Source: an uncultured Bacteroidota bacterium
Lineage (GTDB): Bacteria > Bacteroidota > Bacteroidia > Bacteroidales > M50B96
DNA length: 64,000 nt
Assembly: GCA_937954085.1 (NCBI GenBank)
Contig: CALGAK010000125.1
Coordinates: forward strand, 43,224 to 107,223
Reading direction: 5' to 3'
Part shown: positions 10,513 to 19,892 of the stretch, in pieces
Layout of the letters: each line of letters starts with the position of its first letter
How positions within the stretch are numbered: position 1 is the stretch's first letter
Notes under the pieces: generated by a model
Told to the model about the DNA's origin: nothing
Databases searched by the model: none
Seen by the model: only the letters and a program-made list of their open reading frames with translations
Program-made: the position numbers and the translations under genes

Positions 10513-10814
10513 CATCATCCTCCATTAAAATCGATTTAACGCAATTAGAGCACTGGCACAAAGAATCGGAAAGGCTCCATTTAATCTATATCGGATTCAA
10601 CGATGCTCCCGTATGGAAAGGGATTCAGGCTAAAAGCTATGCCAGCAACGAAATTCCGGAAATAATCGACGAGATTCCGGAACATGCTAAAACCATTGTG
10701 ATGTGCGATTGGGGGGAACGTAGCTTTTTCTTGTGTCAGGAACTGAGGGAACGAACCGGAAATGAAGCTATTTATCATCTCACCGGCGGTAGTAAGACTA
10801 TGCTCGATAGCTAA
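10509..10814 (+). CDS. Rhodanese-like single-domain protein
   Basis: The active-site loop CDWGERS matches the CxxGxR[ST] pattern. The start overlaps the cvpA stop by 4 nt. Confidence 0.65.
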   Translation: MTSSSIKIDLTQLEHWHKESERLHLIYIGFNDAPVWKGIQAKSYASNEIPEIIDEIPEHAKTIVMCDWGERSFFLCQELRERTGNEAIYHLTGGSKTMLDS

Positions 10815-10880
10815 TAATAATCAATTGCACATTGATACAGATGTGCTTTATTTGTAATCTTTTAATCAAAATCATTTCCT

Positions 10881-13046
10881 ATGTTACGTAAAATTGCTCT
10901 CTTCCTGCTTGTTGCACTCAACCTATCCTTCGCTGCCCAAGCCGACGAAGGAATGTGGTTGCTCAACAAGCTTCACCAATTGAATCTAAACGACAAAGGC
11001 TTAGAACTTTCGCCCGAAGAAATCTATGCCATAAACCAATCTAGCATCAAAGATGGTATTGTAGGGCTCACCATGGAAAGTAACCCCTTCCGCTTTTTCT
11101 GCTCCGGCGAAATCATTAGTTCACAAGGCTTATTCCTTACCAATCATCACTGTGGATACCGCCAGGTTCAGCAACACAGCTCGATCGAAAACGATTACCT
11201 CAGTAATGGATTCTGGGCTCAAAATCATGGCGAAGAACTCTACAACAAAGGCATGGCAGTGAGTATCTTATCGGAAATACGCGACGTAACCGAACGCATT
11301 GCTCCCGAACTAGAAAACATCGCCGATTTTAAAGAGAGAAATGAAAAAATTCGTGAACTGTCGAAAGTAATCGAAGACGAAGTAAATGAAACCTCGCATT
11401 ACAAATCGATTGTAAAACCCATGTTCGAAGGAAATCAGTTTTACCTTTTTATCTACGAAGTATTTACCGATATCCGTCTGGTAGGAGCTCCTCCCTCTTC
11501 GATTGGTAAATTTGGAGGCGATACCGATAACTGGATGTGGCCACGCCACACCGGCGACTTTACCCTCTTCCGCATTTACGCGGCTCCCGATGGTAAACCA
11601 GCCGCTTATTCGCCCGATAATAAACCGTATCAACCCAAGCATCACTTCCCCATTTCACTTCAAGGTGTCCAAAAAGACGATTTTGCTTTCGTAATCGGTT
11701 TCCCCGGTTCAACCGACCGTTACCTGACCAGTTTTGGTATTGAAGAAAGCCTGGAGCATTCTTACCCGGTGCGCATCGAAGCACGTGGTAAAAAACTCGA
11801 TGTCATGAAAAAACACATGAATGCCAGCGATAAAGTGCGTATTCAATATGCCAGCAAATACGCCGGAATCTCCAACTATTGGAAGTATTTTATTGGTCAA
11901 ACCAAAGGACTGAAAGCCTTAAAGGTGTACGATAAAAAACAAGCTTTCGAAGCGGAATTAGGCCAATGGATCTTAGCCGACGAGCAAAGAACCACGAAGT
12001 ATGGCAATGCACTCAAGGATATTCAAGAATCGTTCGAAGCCCGACGCGAAATTGCTAAAACACAGCAATATTATGGCGAAGGTTTATTCGGTATCGAAGC
12101 CCTTTTATTACCCCGCCGTTTCAATGAGCTTAGAAAAGTGCTTGAAAATAAAGAAAGTAGCGACGAAGACATTGCAAAAGCAGTCGAAAATGCGAAGGCT
12201 ACAGCCGATGCCTTCTTCAAAGATTACGATAGCGCCACCGACTACGACCTCTTCGTTGCCATGATGACCCTCTTTACCGAAGGGGTGCCTGTTGAGCAAC
12301 AACCCGAATTAATCCTTAAACTGAGCAAAAAAGCCAAAGGCGATTTTACCCGTATCGCAGATAAATTCTACGAAAAATCAATTTTTACCAGCCCCGAACG
12401 TTTCCAGGAATTTCTTGCAAAACCAAAAGCTAAAACACTGGCAAAAGATCCTTTCACCGAATTATGGGAAGCCAGCTACCAAAAATACATCGCTCTCAAT
12501 ACGCCTTTAGCTCCCATCAATGCTAAACTAGCCGAAGGTAAACGCCTATTTGTAGCTGCCAGCATGGAATACCAAGACGAAAAAGCACTCTATCCCGATG
12601 CTAATTCAACCCCTCGTTTTACCTACGGATATGTAGGCGATTATAAACCTGCAGATGCTGTTCACTACAATTACTACACGACCATCGATGGTATTATGGA
12701 AAAAGAAGACCCCACTAACGATGAATTCATCGTGGACGATCACTTTAAAAAACTATACCGTGCCAAAGATTTTGGCATGTATGCCGATAAAGATGGCAAC
12801 CTGTGGGTGAACTTCATTACCAATAACGATATTACCGGTGGTAATTCTGGTTCGGGAGTATTCAATGCACGCGGCGAACTTATTGGAACCGCTTTCGACG
12901 GTAACTGGGAATCGATGAGTGGCGATATCGCTTTCGAACCCGAACTGCAAAAATGTATCAATGTCGATATTCGCTACACCCTCTGGGTGATTGATAAATA
13001 CGCCGGTGCAAAACACCTCATTAACGAAATGACCATCATCCGATAA
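10881..13046 (+). CDS. S46 family dipeptidyl-peptidase (DPP7/DPP11-like)
   Basis: A signal peptide is followed by DEGMWLL. The catalytic His lies in LTNHHCG and the catalytic Ser in TGGNSGSGVFN. Confidence 0.9.
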   Translation: MLRKIALFLLVALNLSFAAQADEGMWLLNKLHQLNLNDKGLELSPEEIYAINQSSIKDGIVGLTMESNPFRFFCSGEIISSQGLFLTNHHCGYRQVQQHSSIENDYLSNGFWAQNHGEELYNKGMAVSILSEIRDVTERIAPELENIADFKERNEKIRELSKVIEDEVNETSHYKSIVKPMFEGNQFYLFIYEVFTDIRLVGAPPSSIGKFGGDTDNWMWPRHTGDFTLFRIYAAPDGKPAAYSPDNKPYQPKHHFPISLQGVQKDDFAFVIGFPGSTDRYLTSFGIEESLEHSYPVRIEARGKKLDVMKKHMNASDKVRIQYASKYAGISNYWKYFIGQTKGLKALKVYDKKQAFEAELGQWILADEQRTTKYGNALKDIQESFEARREIAKTQQYYGEGLFGIEALLLPRRFNELRKVLENKESSDEDIAKAVENAKATADAFFKDYDSATDYDLFVAMMTLFTEGVPVEQQPELILKLSKKAKGDFTRIADKFYEKSIFTSPERFQEFLAKPKAKTLAKDPFTELWEASYQKYIALNTPLAPINAKLAEGKRLFVAASMEYQDEKALYPDANSTPRFTYGYVGDYKPADAVHYNYYTTIDGIMEKEDPTNDEFIVDDHFKKLYRAKDFGMYADKDGNLWVNFITNNDITGGNSGSGVFNARGELIGTAFDGNWESMSGDIAFEPELQKCINVDIRYTLWVIDKYAGAKHLINEMTIIR

Positions 13047-13053
13047 AACATCC

Positions 13054-13091
13054 AAGCAGCAAACCTTTTTGAGGTTTGCTGCTTTTATTTT
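13054..13091 (+). terminator. Rho-independent terminator after the S46 peptidase
   Basis: AAGCAGCAAACC-tttttga-GGTTTGCTGCTT forms a 12-bp stem and is followed by TTATTTT. Confidence 0.8.
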
Positions 13092-13191
13092 AATCTCCTA
13101 ACTAAATATCTTTTCTAAACAGCATCAAAGCCCCCCCTTTAACGCTTCTGCTGTTCAAAAAATACGACCTGTTAAACCAAAAAATACCCAG

Positions 13192-14484
13192 ATGAAAAAA
13201 ATCGCAGTAATTGGATTGGGTTATGTCGGCCTCCCCCTGGCAGTTGAATTTGCTAAAAACCGACCCGTAATTGGATTTGATATCAAACCACAACGAATTG
13301 CAGAACTGAACGAAGGGCACGATCCTACGCTCGAAGTAGCCGACGAGGATTTAGTTTCGGTTTTACTGAAAGCAAAAAAAGATCTTGCCCTTAACAACAA
13401 AGGACTCTACATCAGCTCGAGAACCGAAGATATTTTCGATGCCGAAATCTACATCGTTGCCGTGCCAACGCCAACCGATAAAAACAACCGGCCGGATTTA
13501 ACTCCATTGGTTAAAGCCTCCGAAACTGTTGGGCGTGTTTTAAAAGATGGTGATATCGTTATTTACGAATCGACCGTTTATCCCGGTGCAACCGAGGAAG
13601 ATTGTGTTCCGGTGCTAGAGCAAGTTTCCGGTAAAAAAATGAACGAACATTTCTTTGTTGGGTACTCCCCCGAACGAATTAACCCGGGCGATAAAGTTCA
13701 CACCCTCACTACCATTAAAAAAGTTACTTCGGGCAGCACGCCGGAAATAGGCCAGGAAGTAGATACACTCTACCGCGAAATTATTACGGCGGGAACCCAC
13801 CTCGCTCCAAGCATCAAAGTAGCCGAAGCAGCCAAGGTAATCGAAAATTCCCAACGCGATATTAACATCGCCTTCGTAAACGAACTGAGCAAAATCTTCA
13901 ATAAAATGGGTATCGATACCCACGAAGTGCTCGAAGCGGCCAGTACGAAATGGAATTTTCTGCCCTTCAAACCCGGTTTAGTTGGGGGCCATTGCATTGG
14001 TGTCGATCCCTATTACCTGGCACAAAAAGCCCAGGAAGTGGGGTATCACCCGGAAATTATTCTGGCCGGACGTCGCTTGAACGATGGAATGGGAGCTTAC
14101 GTTGCAGGCGAAGTAGTGAAACTCATGCTGAAAAACGGAAAACCCGTAAAAGGAAACAAAGCTCTTATGCTCGGTATCACCTTCAAAGAGAATTGCCCCG
14201 ATATCCGAAATACACGTGCTATCGATATTTATCGCGAACTGATTAGCTATGGAATGGAAGTCGATTTATTCGACCCATGGGCCTCGTTCGACGAAGTTAA
14301 AGATGAATACGGAATCGAAATTTTAACCGATTATCCCAAACATAATGGCTATGGCGCCATTGTACTGGCTGTAGCTCACGATGAGTTTAAACAAATCGAC
14401 CTGTTGGAGCACAAAAAAGCCGGGGCCATTCTTTATGATGCTAAAGCAATTCTTCCCAAAGACTGGGTAGATGCACGCCTATAA
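13192..14484 (+). CDS. UDP-N-acetyl-hexosamine 6-dehydrogenase (WbpA/TviB-type nucleotide-sugar dehydrogenase)
   Basis: It has the Rossmann motif [15 protein letters not shown] and the catalytic Cys region [14 protein letters not shown]. At 430 aa the length fits this family. Confidence 0.85.
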   Translation: MKKIAVIGLGYVGLPLAVEFAKNRPVIGFDIKPQRIAELNEGHDPTLEVADEDLVSVLLKAKKDLALNNKGLYISSRTEDIFDAEIYIVAVPTPTDKNNRPDLTPLVKASETVGRVLKDGDIVIYESTVYPGATEEDCVPVLEQVSGKKMNEHFFVGYSPERINPGDKVHTLTTIKKVTSGSTPEIGQEVDTLYREIITAGTHLAPSIKVAEAAKVIENSQRDINIAFVNELSKIFNKMGIDTHEVLEAASTKWNFLPFKPGLVGGHCIGVDPYYLAQKAQEVGYHPEIILAGRRLNDGMGAYVAGEVVKLMLKNGKPVKGNKALMLGITFKENCPDIRNTRAIDIYRELISYGMEVDLFDPWASFDEVKDEYGIEILTDYPKHNGYGAIVLAVAHDEFKQIDLLEHKKAGAILYDAKAILPKDWVDARL

Positions 14485-14502
14485 GAAACTCTGCTAAAAC
14501 CG

Positions 14503-15093
14503 ATGGAAACAACTTATTTTGCCCACGAAACAGCCGTTATCGACAAGGGCTGTCATATTGGAGCTGGCACAAAAATCTGGCACTTCTGCCACATCATGTC
14601 GCATTCACGTATCGGGCAAAATTGTAACATCGGGCAAAATGTCGTTATCAGTCCGCAGGTTATACTCGGAAACCGCGTTAAAGTGCAAAACAACGTGAGC
14701 ATTTATACGGGTGTAACCTGCGACGACGACGTTTTTCTCGGTCCTTCGATGGTTTTTACCAATGTGGTGAACCCTCGATCGGCCATAAACCGTAAATCAG
14801 AATACCAAAAAACTCACGTCCACCGTGGAGCCACCATCGGTGCTAATGCCACCATTCTTTGTGGCATCGAGATAGGACAATTTGCCTTTGTGGGTGCCGG
14901 TGCGGTGGTAATTCGAAGTATTCCCGCTTACGCTCTAGTGGTGGGTAATCCCGCTCGCCATATTGGGTGGATGAGCGAATACGGACACCGACTTTACTTT
15001 AACGAAGAAGGCTTTGCAATTTGCCCGGAATCGAAAGAAAAATACCGGTTAGAAAACGACCGAGTAAGTAAATGGAATGAACCGCCCCAATAA
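14503..15093 (+). CDS. Hexapeptide-repeat N-acetyltransferase (WbpD/WlbB-like)
   Basis: Left-handed beta-helix repeats run throughout (IGQNCNIGQNVVI, VQNNVSIYTGV, IGANATILCGIEIG). The tail is VVGNPARHIGWMSEYG. Confidence 0.8.
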   Translation: METTYFAHETAVIDKGCHIGAGTKIWHFCHIMSHSRIGQNCNIGQNVVISPQVILGNRVKVQNNVSIYTGVTCDDDVFLGPSMVFTNVVNPRSAINRKSEYQKTHVHRGATIGANATILCGIEIGQFAFVGAGAVVIRSIPAYALVVGNPARHIGWMSEYGHRLYFNEEGFAICPESKEKYRLENDRVSKWNEPPQ

Positions 15094-15234
15094 TAATTAA
15101 TTCCAGTCGCTTATTCCTCGCTTTTCGTGTAAGCCACTAGCGTAAAACGATCTCTACGTGCATCCGATAAGGTCTACTGGTAATTTTTCATCCCAAATTT
15201 CAGCCATCTGCACCTCATGGTTTTATCAAAATAA

Positions 15235-15257
15235 TATAAGATTCCACCAATCTTATA
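15235..15257. repeat. AT-rich 9-bp inverted repeat in the ORF-free spacer
   Basis: TATAAGATT-ccacc-AATCTTATA. Its function is unknown. Confidence 0.4.
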
Positions 15258-15501
15258 AGACAAAGATAGGACACATTGATTTTAAAATACTTATAATCAG
15301 ATACATGTATTAATCAGGACAATCCCTCTATTTTTTTAACGATTTTCATTAGCTTAATTTGAAAAACCAAATGCAAGAGCAGGTGGTACCCTCAATTTCA
15401 TCCTTATTACCCAAAAGTCAAATTGAGACGTTCTTTTAACAAGCAATTATTTTTTCTCATAACATAGAGTGAAAAAAAATCCATAGGGGTATGGGTTAAT
15501 T

Positions 15502-15636
15502 GAGATAAGTAAGGTTGAACGGCGGTTGGGTCGATCTACTGTTCGAACCTGGAGAGCCTCTTTTTTTAGGGTTAAGAGTTTGCTCTCCGTTGCTTATCTC
15601 CTACAAAGGCAGTTGCACTAGCACTGCCTTTTTTTT
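15502..15636 (+). ncRNA. Candidate small structured RNA (three-way junction plus intrinsic terminator); family unknown
   Basis: The folding was done by hand. P1 pairs 15502-15512 with 15590-15600, P2 pairs 15513-15520 with 15541-15549, and P3 pairs 15551-15562 with 15574-15588. The terminator GGCAGT-N9-ACTGCC plus T8 lies at 15608-15636. No ORF is present and no downstream + strand gene exists. Confidence 0.45.
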
Positions 15637-15694
15637 ATTCCCTAGAAATGCATCCGTGATTATTGGAGCGAGGCGTCCGTAAAAGCTTGCGCTA

Positions 15695-16609
15695 CTAGCT
15701 TTTTATCTGTCGGATTTGATGCACGAGTTCGATAGCTTTCCCTGCTTCGGAAATACGATGCCCTTTTCCCTCTAAAATAGCCTGATAGTTTACGGTATGA
15801 AGCTGTGTAAATCCACTTGAAAAATCGATTTCTTCCCCATCGATCCGCAATTCGCGGAAACTATTAAGCCCTTGCGAGGCAACTTCCACGGGTAAATCGG
15901 CCGCATCGATGCTCATAAACCAATGTACTTCAGCCCGTGCAAACCGAAGTTTTCCTCCTGCTTGAGAGCCGGTATTTTGAATCACCTCCAACCCAAGTGG
16001 TTCTCCGAATATCCATACCAGCATATCGAAAAAATGAACCCCAATGTTCGTGGCAATTCCACCGCTTTTAGCCTCGTTCCCTTTCCACGAACGGAAATAC
16101 CATTTCCCTCGTGGAGTAATATACTGGAGGCTGAGCTGATAAAAACGATCCGGCTCCTGTTCTACGCGAGCTTTTAAAGCTTGAATAGCCGGATGAAAAC
16201 GCAATTGCAAAATAGTGTAGATGTTCTTCCCGGTTTCGCGTTCTATTTCCTCTAAGGCTTCTAGATTCCAAGGATTGAGCACCAATGGCTTTTCGCAAAT
16301 AGCATGGGCTTCGTTGCGCAATGCCATGCGAATATGGGCATCGTGCAAATAATTCGGACTGCAAATACTCACATAATCGATTTTAGCTGCCCCTTTGCGA
16401 CGGAGCTTGTCTAAATGCCGATCGAACCGTTCGGGCTCCGTAAAAAAGTCCGCATCAGGAAAAAAAGAATCCATAATCCCGACACTATCCGATGGATCGA
16501 GAGCAGCTACTAATTTATTTCCTGTTTCCTTAATCGCAGCTAAGTGACGCGGAGCCACATATCCCGCTACGCCAATCAATGCAAAATTCTTCATTTCCTT
16601 TTCGTTCAT
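15695..16609 (-). CDS. Gfo/Idh/MocA oxidoreductase (WbpB-like UDP-GlcNAcA 3-dehydrogenase)
   Basis: The N-terminus is MKNFALIGVAGYVAPRHL and the conserved EKP motif (ICEKPL) is present. The tracked ORF begins at a TTG at 16642. ATG candidates lie at 16609 and 16594. Confidence 0.8.
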   Translation of the reverse strand: MNEKEMKNFALIGVAGYVAPRHLAAIKETGNKLVAALDPSDSVGIMDSFFPDADFFTEPERFDRHLDKLRRKGAAKIDYVSICSPNYLHDAHIRMALRNEAHAICEKPLVLNPWNLEALEEIERETGKNIYTILQLRFHPAIQALKARVEQEPDRFYQLSLQYITPRGKWYFRSWKGNEAKSGGIATNIGVHFFDMLVWIFGEPLGLEVIQNTGSQAGGKLRFARAEVHWFMSIDAADLPVEVASQGLNSFRELRIDGEEIDFSSGFTQLHTVNYQAILEGKGHRISEAGKAIELVHQIRQIKS

Positions 16610-16707
16610 GAATCCGACGCTGGGACCAAACCATCCTAACAAACTGAGTAAAGAGAGAAGAATTGCCCAACCGGAAACAAAGGAAAGAAAAATCTACATG
16701 CAAAATC

Positions 16708-18396
16708 TTAACTATTCGGCATGGAAAGACCTTGGATAAATTCTCCCAAACGTACGTCGCGATTGGTCAAGCCTAAACGACTGCGTAATCGCACCCGCGA
16801 TTTATTAATGCTATCGACACTTTTCCCTGTTATCTCGGCTATTTCTTTCGTGGTTAACCCCATCCGTATAAAGGAACACAAGCGTTTATCGTTATCGGTC
16901 AAACGGGGATTGATGCGGTATAATTGCTCATAAAAGTCGCTATACACCTGAAGAAAATGAACTTCGAACTCCTTCCAGAACTGTTTCTCTTTAATCGTAC
17001 CCAGGTTCTGAATAGCCTTTCCAAATTCATCGGTCGATTGAGGGTTGCTTGTGTTTGCGCTTTGGAAGAATCGTCCTGCTTCCTCTAGAATTTTCTTATT
17101 CAATTGTAAGTTTTGAACCGTTTGAACCGTTAACTTCCGATTCATTTGATCCATTTGCACTTCTAAATCCTGTTTTTCATTCCGCAAGGATTCTGTTTCG
17201 GTGTTGAGCTCATTTTTCTCGGAATCGATACGTCGGTATTTTTTACGCAAACGATTATTTAAGATGAGAAAGGCAATCGCAATTAAAAACAAGAGAATAA
17301 TGGAAAATACATAGCGCAGGGTTAATTGGCGTTGCTTTTCATCGGCAATAGCTTCCCGCTCAGTAAATTCCTGAAGCATACGCTGCTTTTTCAACTCTAA
17401 AGCAGCCGACTGGAGCGACGATTTTTGAGCATATTTTTTCGACAACTCCAAATAATGGATGACACTATCGGATTGTTCTGTTTCACGATAAATTTCGACA
17501 AAATCATCGGCAATCAGACCCAGAAAATCATAAAGCTCAAGGGAATCGGCAATCTGATGCGATGCGTGATAATGGTGAAGAGCGACGTTATAGTTTTTGG
17601 TTTCAAAATAATACTGCCCCAAAGAATAAAGAGTATAAGCGATTCCTTTCCGATGTCCTAATTCCTTACGAATACGCAAGGACTCCTCTAAAAGATACTG
17701 AGCCCTCGATAAATTTCCGGTTTGAATATAAACGCCCCCTAAGTTATTGTACAACTTAGCTTGATCGAACTCCATCTCCGGGTATAATTGACTCATCTTA
17801 ATACCCTCTTCTAAATAAATAATGGCCTGATCGTAATCCTCTTTTTCTTTTTGAATGATTCCTAAATTGTTGAAAAGAACCAGGATTTGAGGTTCCGGCA
17901 AAAGTGCCTCTTTTTCATTTTGATAGGCAATCAGTGCCTCTTTCGCTAATAAAAAATAACGTTCCGCTTCATCGAATTCCTTTACATACAAATAAATGGC
18001 TCCCATATTACTGAAAGCAACCATTTTATAAAAGGAGTTCTGGATGAACTGCTCATTCGTGAGAAGGTGATGAAAATAATGAGATGCTGAGTCGATTAAC
18101 CCTGTCTCATAATACAAATTCCCTAAAAGATGATAAGCAGTAAGCGGTTGCATTCCTGGGTTTAAATCACTTTCTACCTTCAAAGCTTGATAAGCATATT
18201 CGAGTGCAATAGCTGGATTTACCGCATAATAAGCATTCGACAATTCAACCAATAATTCCAACTTCTCCTTTGAATCCTTCGTTTGAGCTAAGTGGTTTTT
18301 CAAGCTATCGATTTGAAGCTTGGCTGATAATAAGGGGGATGTAGCTAAGCATAGCAAAACCAAACCAAACAGAGAGCTTAGCAGCAATTTCAACAT
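16708..18396 (-). CDS. Membrane-anchored TPR-repeat regulator with a C-terminal LuxR-type HTH
   Basis: It has a signal/anchor (MLKLLLSSLFGLVLLCLA), multiple TPR-like repeats, one TM helix (YVFSIILLFLIAIAFLIL), a coiled coil and an HTH (KRLCSFIRMGLTTKEIAEITGKSVDSINKSRVRLRSRLG). The start was moved to the ATG at 18396. Confidence 0.75.
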   Translation of the reverse strand: MLKLLLSSLFGLVLLCLATSPLLSAKLQIDSLKNHLAQTKDSKEKLELLVELSNAYYAVNPAIALEYAYQALKVESDLNPGMQPLTAYHLLGNLYYETGLIDSASHYFHHLLTNEQFIQNSFYKMVAFSNMGAIYLYVKEFDEAERYFLLAKEALIAYQNEKEALLPEPQILVLFNNLGIIQKEKEDYDQAIIYLEEGIKMSQLYPEMEFDQAKLYNNLGGVYIQTGNLSRAQYLLEESLRIRKELGHRKGIAYTLYSLGQYYFETKNYNVALHHYHASHQIADSLELYDFLGLIADDFVEIYRETEQSDSVIHYLELSKKYAQKSSLQSAALELKKQRMLQEFTEREAIADEKQRQLTLRYVFSIILLFLIAIAFLILNNRLRKKYRRIDSEKNELNTETESLRNEKQDLEVQMDQMNRKLTVQTVQNLQLNKKILEEAGRFFQSANTSNPQSTDEFGKAIQNLGTIKEKQFWKEFEVHFLQVYSDFYEQLYRINPRLTDNDKRLCSFIRMGLTTKEIAEITGKSVDSINKSRVRLRSRLGLTNRDVRLGEFIQGLSMPNS

Positions 18397-18541
18397 TTTT
18401 CCTAAACCTTGACGAAAGCGTTCGATCACAGGTACTTGTTTAAAATTCGGGTTAGATGAAACTTGGAAACAGGTCCTACTATAAAGCCTGAAATTAGTTC
18501 TTTCCGTTAACTCCTGCAAGCCGAAAGCACTGTTTTAGAAT

Positions 18542-18578
18542 AAAAAAAAGGGTTAATCTCAATAAGCGAGATTAACCC
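18542..18578 (-). terminator. Rho-independent terminator after the peroxiredoxin gene
   Basis: On the minus strand, GGGTTAATCTC-gcttatt-GAGATTAACCC is followed by T8. Confidence 0.8.
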
Positions 18579-18602
18579 CATGAAGCACTCTAATTTAAAC
18601 GA

Positions 18603-19268
18603 TTATAAAGACTTCTTAGCTAAGTAGAAATCGATACGCTCTACCGAAGTATCTTCGTTACGAGCTTTCATTTCAGCTAAAGTTTTTGGCGGTGGAACGA
18701 TTACTTTTTCGCCTGGTTTCCAATCCAGCGGCATAGCCACTTTGTACTTGTCCGCTGTTTGTAAGGCATTCAAAGCACGAAGAATTTCGTCCATGTTACG
18801 TCCTACATTCAAAGGATAGTACATGATTAAGCGAATCTTTTTGTTCGGATCGATAAAGAAGACGGCACGAACAGCAGCGGTTTCGCTTTCGTTGGGTTGT
18901 AACATACCGTATAATTTCGATACCTTCATGTCGATATCGGCAATAATCGGGAAATCGAAATATACACCGGTTTTTTCCTTTACGTTGCTTACCCAAGCTA
19001 AGTGAGAGTGAATGCTATCGATACTTAAACCCATCAATTCAGTGTTCAAGGCATCGAATTCATCTTTGCGCAAAGCAAAACCCGACATTTCGGTAGTACA
19101 AACGGGAGTAAAATCGGCAGGATGAGAGAATAAAACCACCCACTTATCTTTTGCAAAATCGTGGAATTTAATCGTTCCGGTGGTAGTAACTGCGGTAAAA
19201 TCGGGAGCAATGTCGCCAATAACCGGCATTTTGAAAACTTCTTCGTGTTTCATTTCTTGGTTTTCCAT
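18603..19268 (-). CDS. Peroxiredoxin (1-Cys / Prx6-type)
   Basis: Diagnostic segments are MPVIGDIAPDF and WVVLFSHPADFTPVCTTE. The start may be the ATG at 19229. Confidence 0.9.
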   Translation of the reverse strand: MENQEMKHEEVFKMPVIGDIAPDFTAVTTTGTIKFHDFAKDKWVVLFSHPADFTPVCTTEMSGFALRKDEFDALNTELMGLSIDSIHSHLAWVSNVKEKTGVYFDFPIIADIDMKVSKLYGMLQPNESETAAVRAVFFIDPNKKIRLIMYYPLNVGRNMDEILRALNALQTADKYKVAMPLDWKPGEKVIVPPPKTLAEMKARNEDTSVERIDFYLAKKSL

Positions 19269-19315
19269 GTTCTAATAAATTTAATAGTTAATAGTTAATT
19301 GGTATTTGTTGAAGA

Positions 19316-19786
19316 TTATTCATTTAAGTAGGCAGAAAACATCCAAACAAGCTTCTCTTGCTCACGGATATAATCGCTCATTAAAGCATTTGTTCCTTCG
19401 TCGCCGGCATCGCCTGCTAATTCCAGAATATCGCGTTGCATCGCAATTAAAGTCGAAAACGAGTTTAAAAGACTTTTTACAGCTACTTTACCATCGGTGA
19501 TATTCTTTGCTTCTTTGATTTCCGAAAGCTCTAAATAATCGGTGAAGGAATGGGTTGGAATGTGCCCGAGGGTAAGCACTCGCTCAGCAATTTCATCTAC
19601 TTTGACCACTAAATCGTCGTACAGCTCTTCGAATTTAGCATGCAGTTCAAAAAAATTACCTCCCCGTATGTTCCAGTGATAACCACGGGTGTTCATGTAA
19701 AAAATCTGATAGTTAGCGAGCAGTAAATTCAATTTTTTCGAAAGATTTTCTGCTTTTGAAGTGTCAATTCCAATTCTGTTTTTCAT
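19316..19786 (-). CDS. dps: Dps family DNA-protection/ferritin-like protein
   Basis: LLANYQIFYMNTRGYHWNIRGGNFFELHAKFEELYDD matches the Dps ferroxidase-site region. Confidence 0.9.
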   Translation of the reverse strand: MKNRIGIDTSKAENLSKKLNLLLANYQIFYMNTRGYHWNIRGGNFFELHAKFEELYDDLVVKVDEIAERVLTLGHIPTHSFTDYLELSEIKEAKNITDGKVAVKSLLNSFSTLIAMQRDILELAGDAGDEGTNALMSDYIREQEKLVWMFSAYLNE

Positions 19787-19892
19787 AATGTGTAAGCGTT
19801 TAAGGGTTGTTCAAATTTTACACTGCAAATGTACATCACTTGGGAATATAAGACAAATTGATAATTGTTATATTTGTATAAAATAAACTTAT
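19787..19892. promoter_or_regulatory. Divergent dps / oxyR promoter region
   Basis: The box TAtaTTTG at 19869-19876 (+) sits 17 nt before the oxyR ATG. CAAAtgTA at 19826-19833 reads TAcaTTTG on the minus strand, 40 nt before the dps ATG. Both fit the Bacteroidota -7 consensus TAnnTTTG. No clean OxyR operator was identified. Confidence 0.35.

Noticed and set aside
15486-15560. A possible tRNA or tRNA-like element, suggested by GTTCGAACC (T-loop-like) and a GGGGTAT start.
   Set aside because: No cloverleaf can be drawn: there is no complementary 3' acceptor strand and no anticodon stem. The GTTCGAACC segment is a stem strand (P2) of the three-way junction, not a loop.
18397-18519. A 41-codon extension of the TPR/LuxR regulator ORF.
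   Set aside because: The internal Met at 18396 is followed immediately by a typical signal/anchor helix, and the extension looks non-coding.
19281-19300. The TTAATAG tandem (ttaATAGttaATAGttaatt) upstream of the peroxiredoxin gene, considered as an OxyR operator.
   Set aside because: The ATAG elements are only 3 nt apart, which does not fit the ATAG-N7-CTAT spacing of known OxyR sites. It is kept only as a remark.
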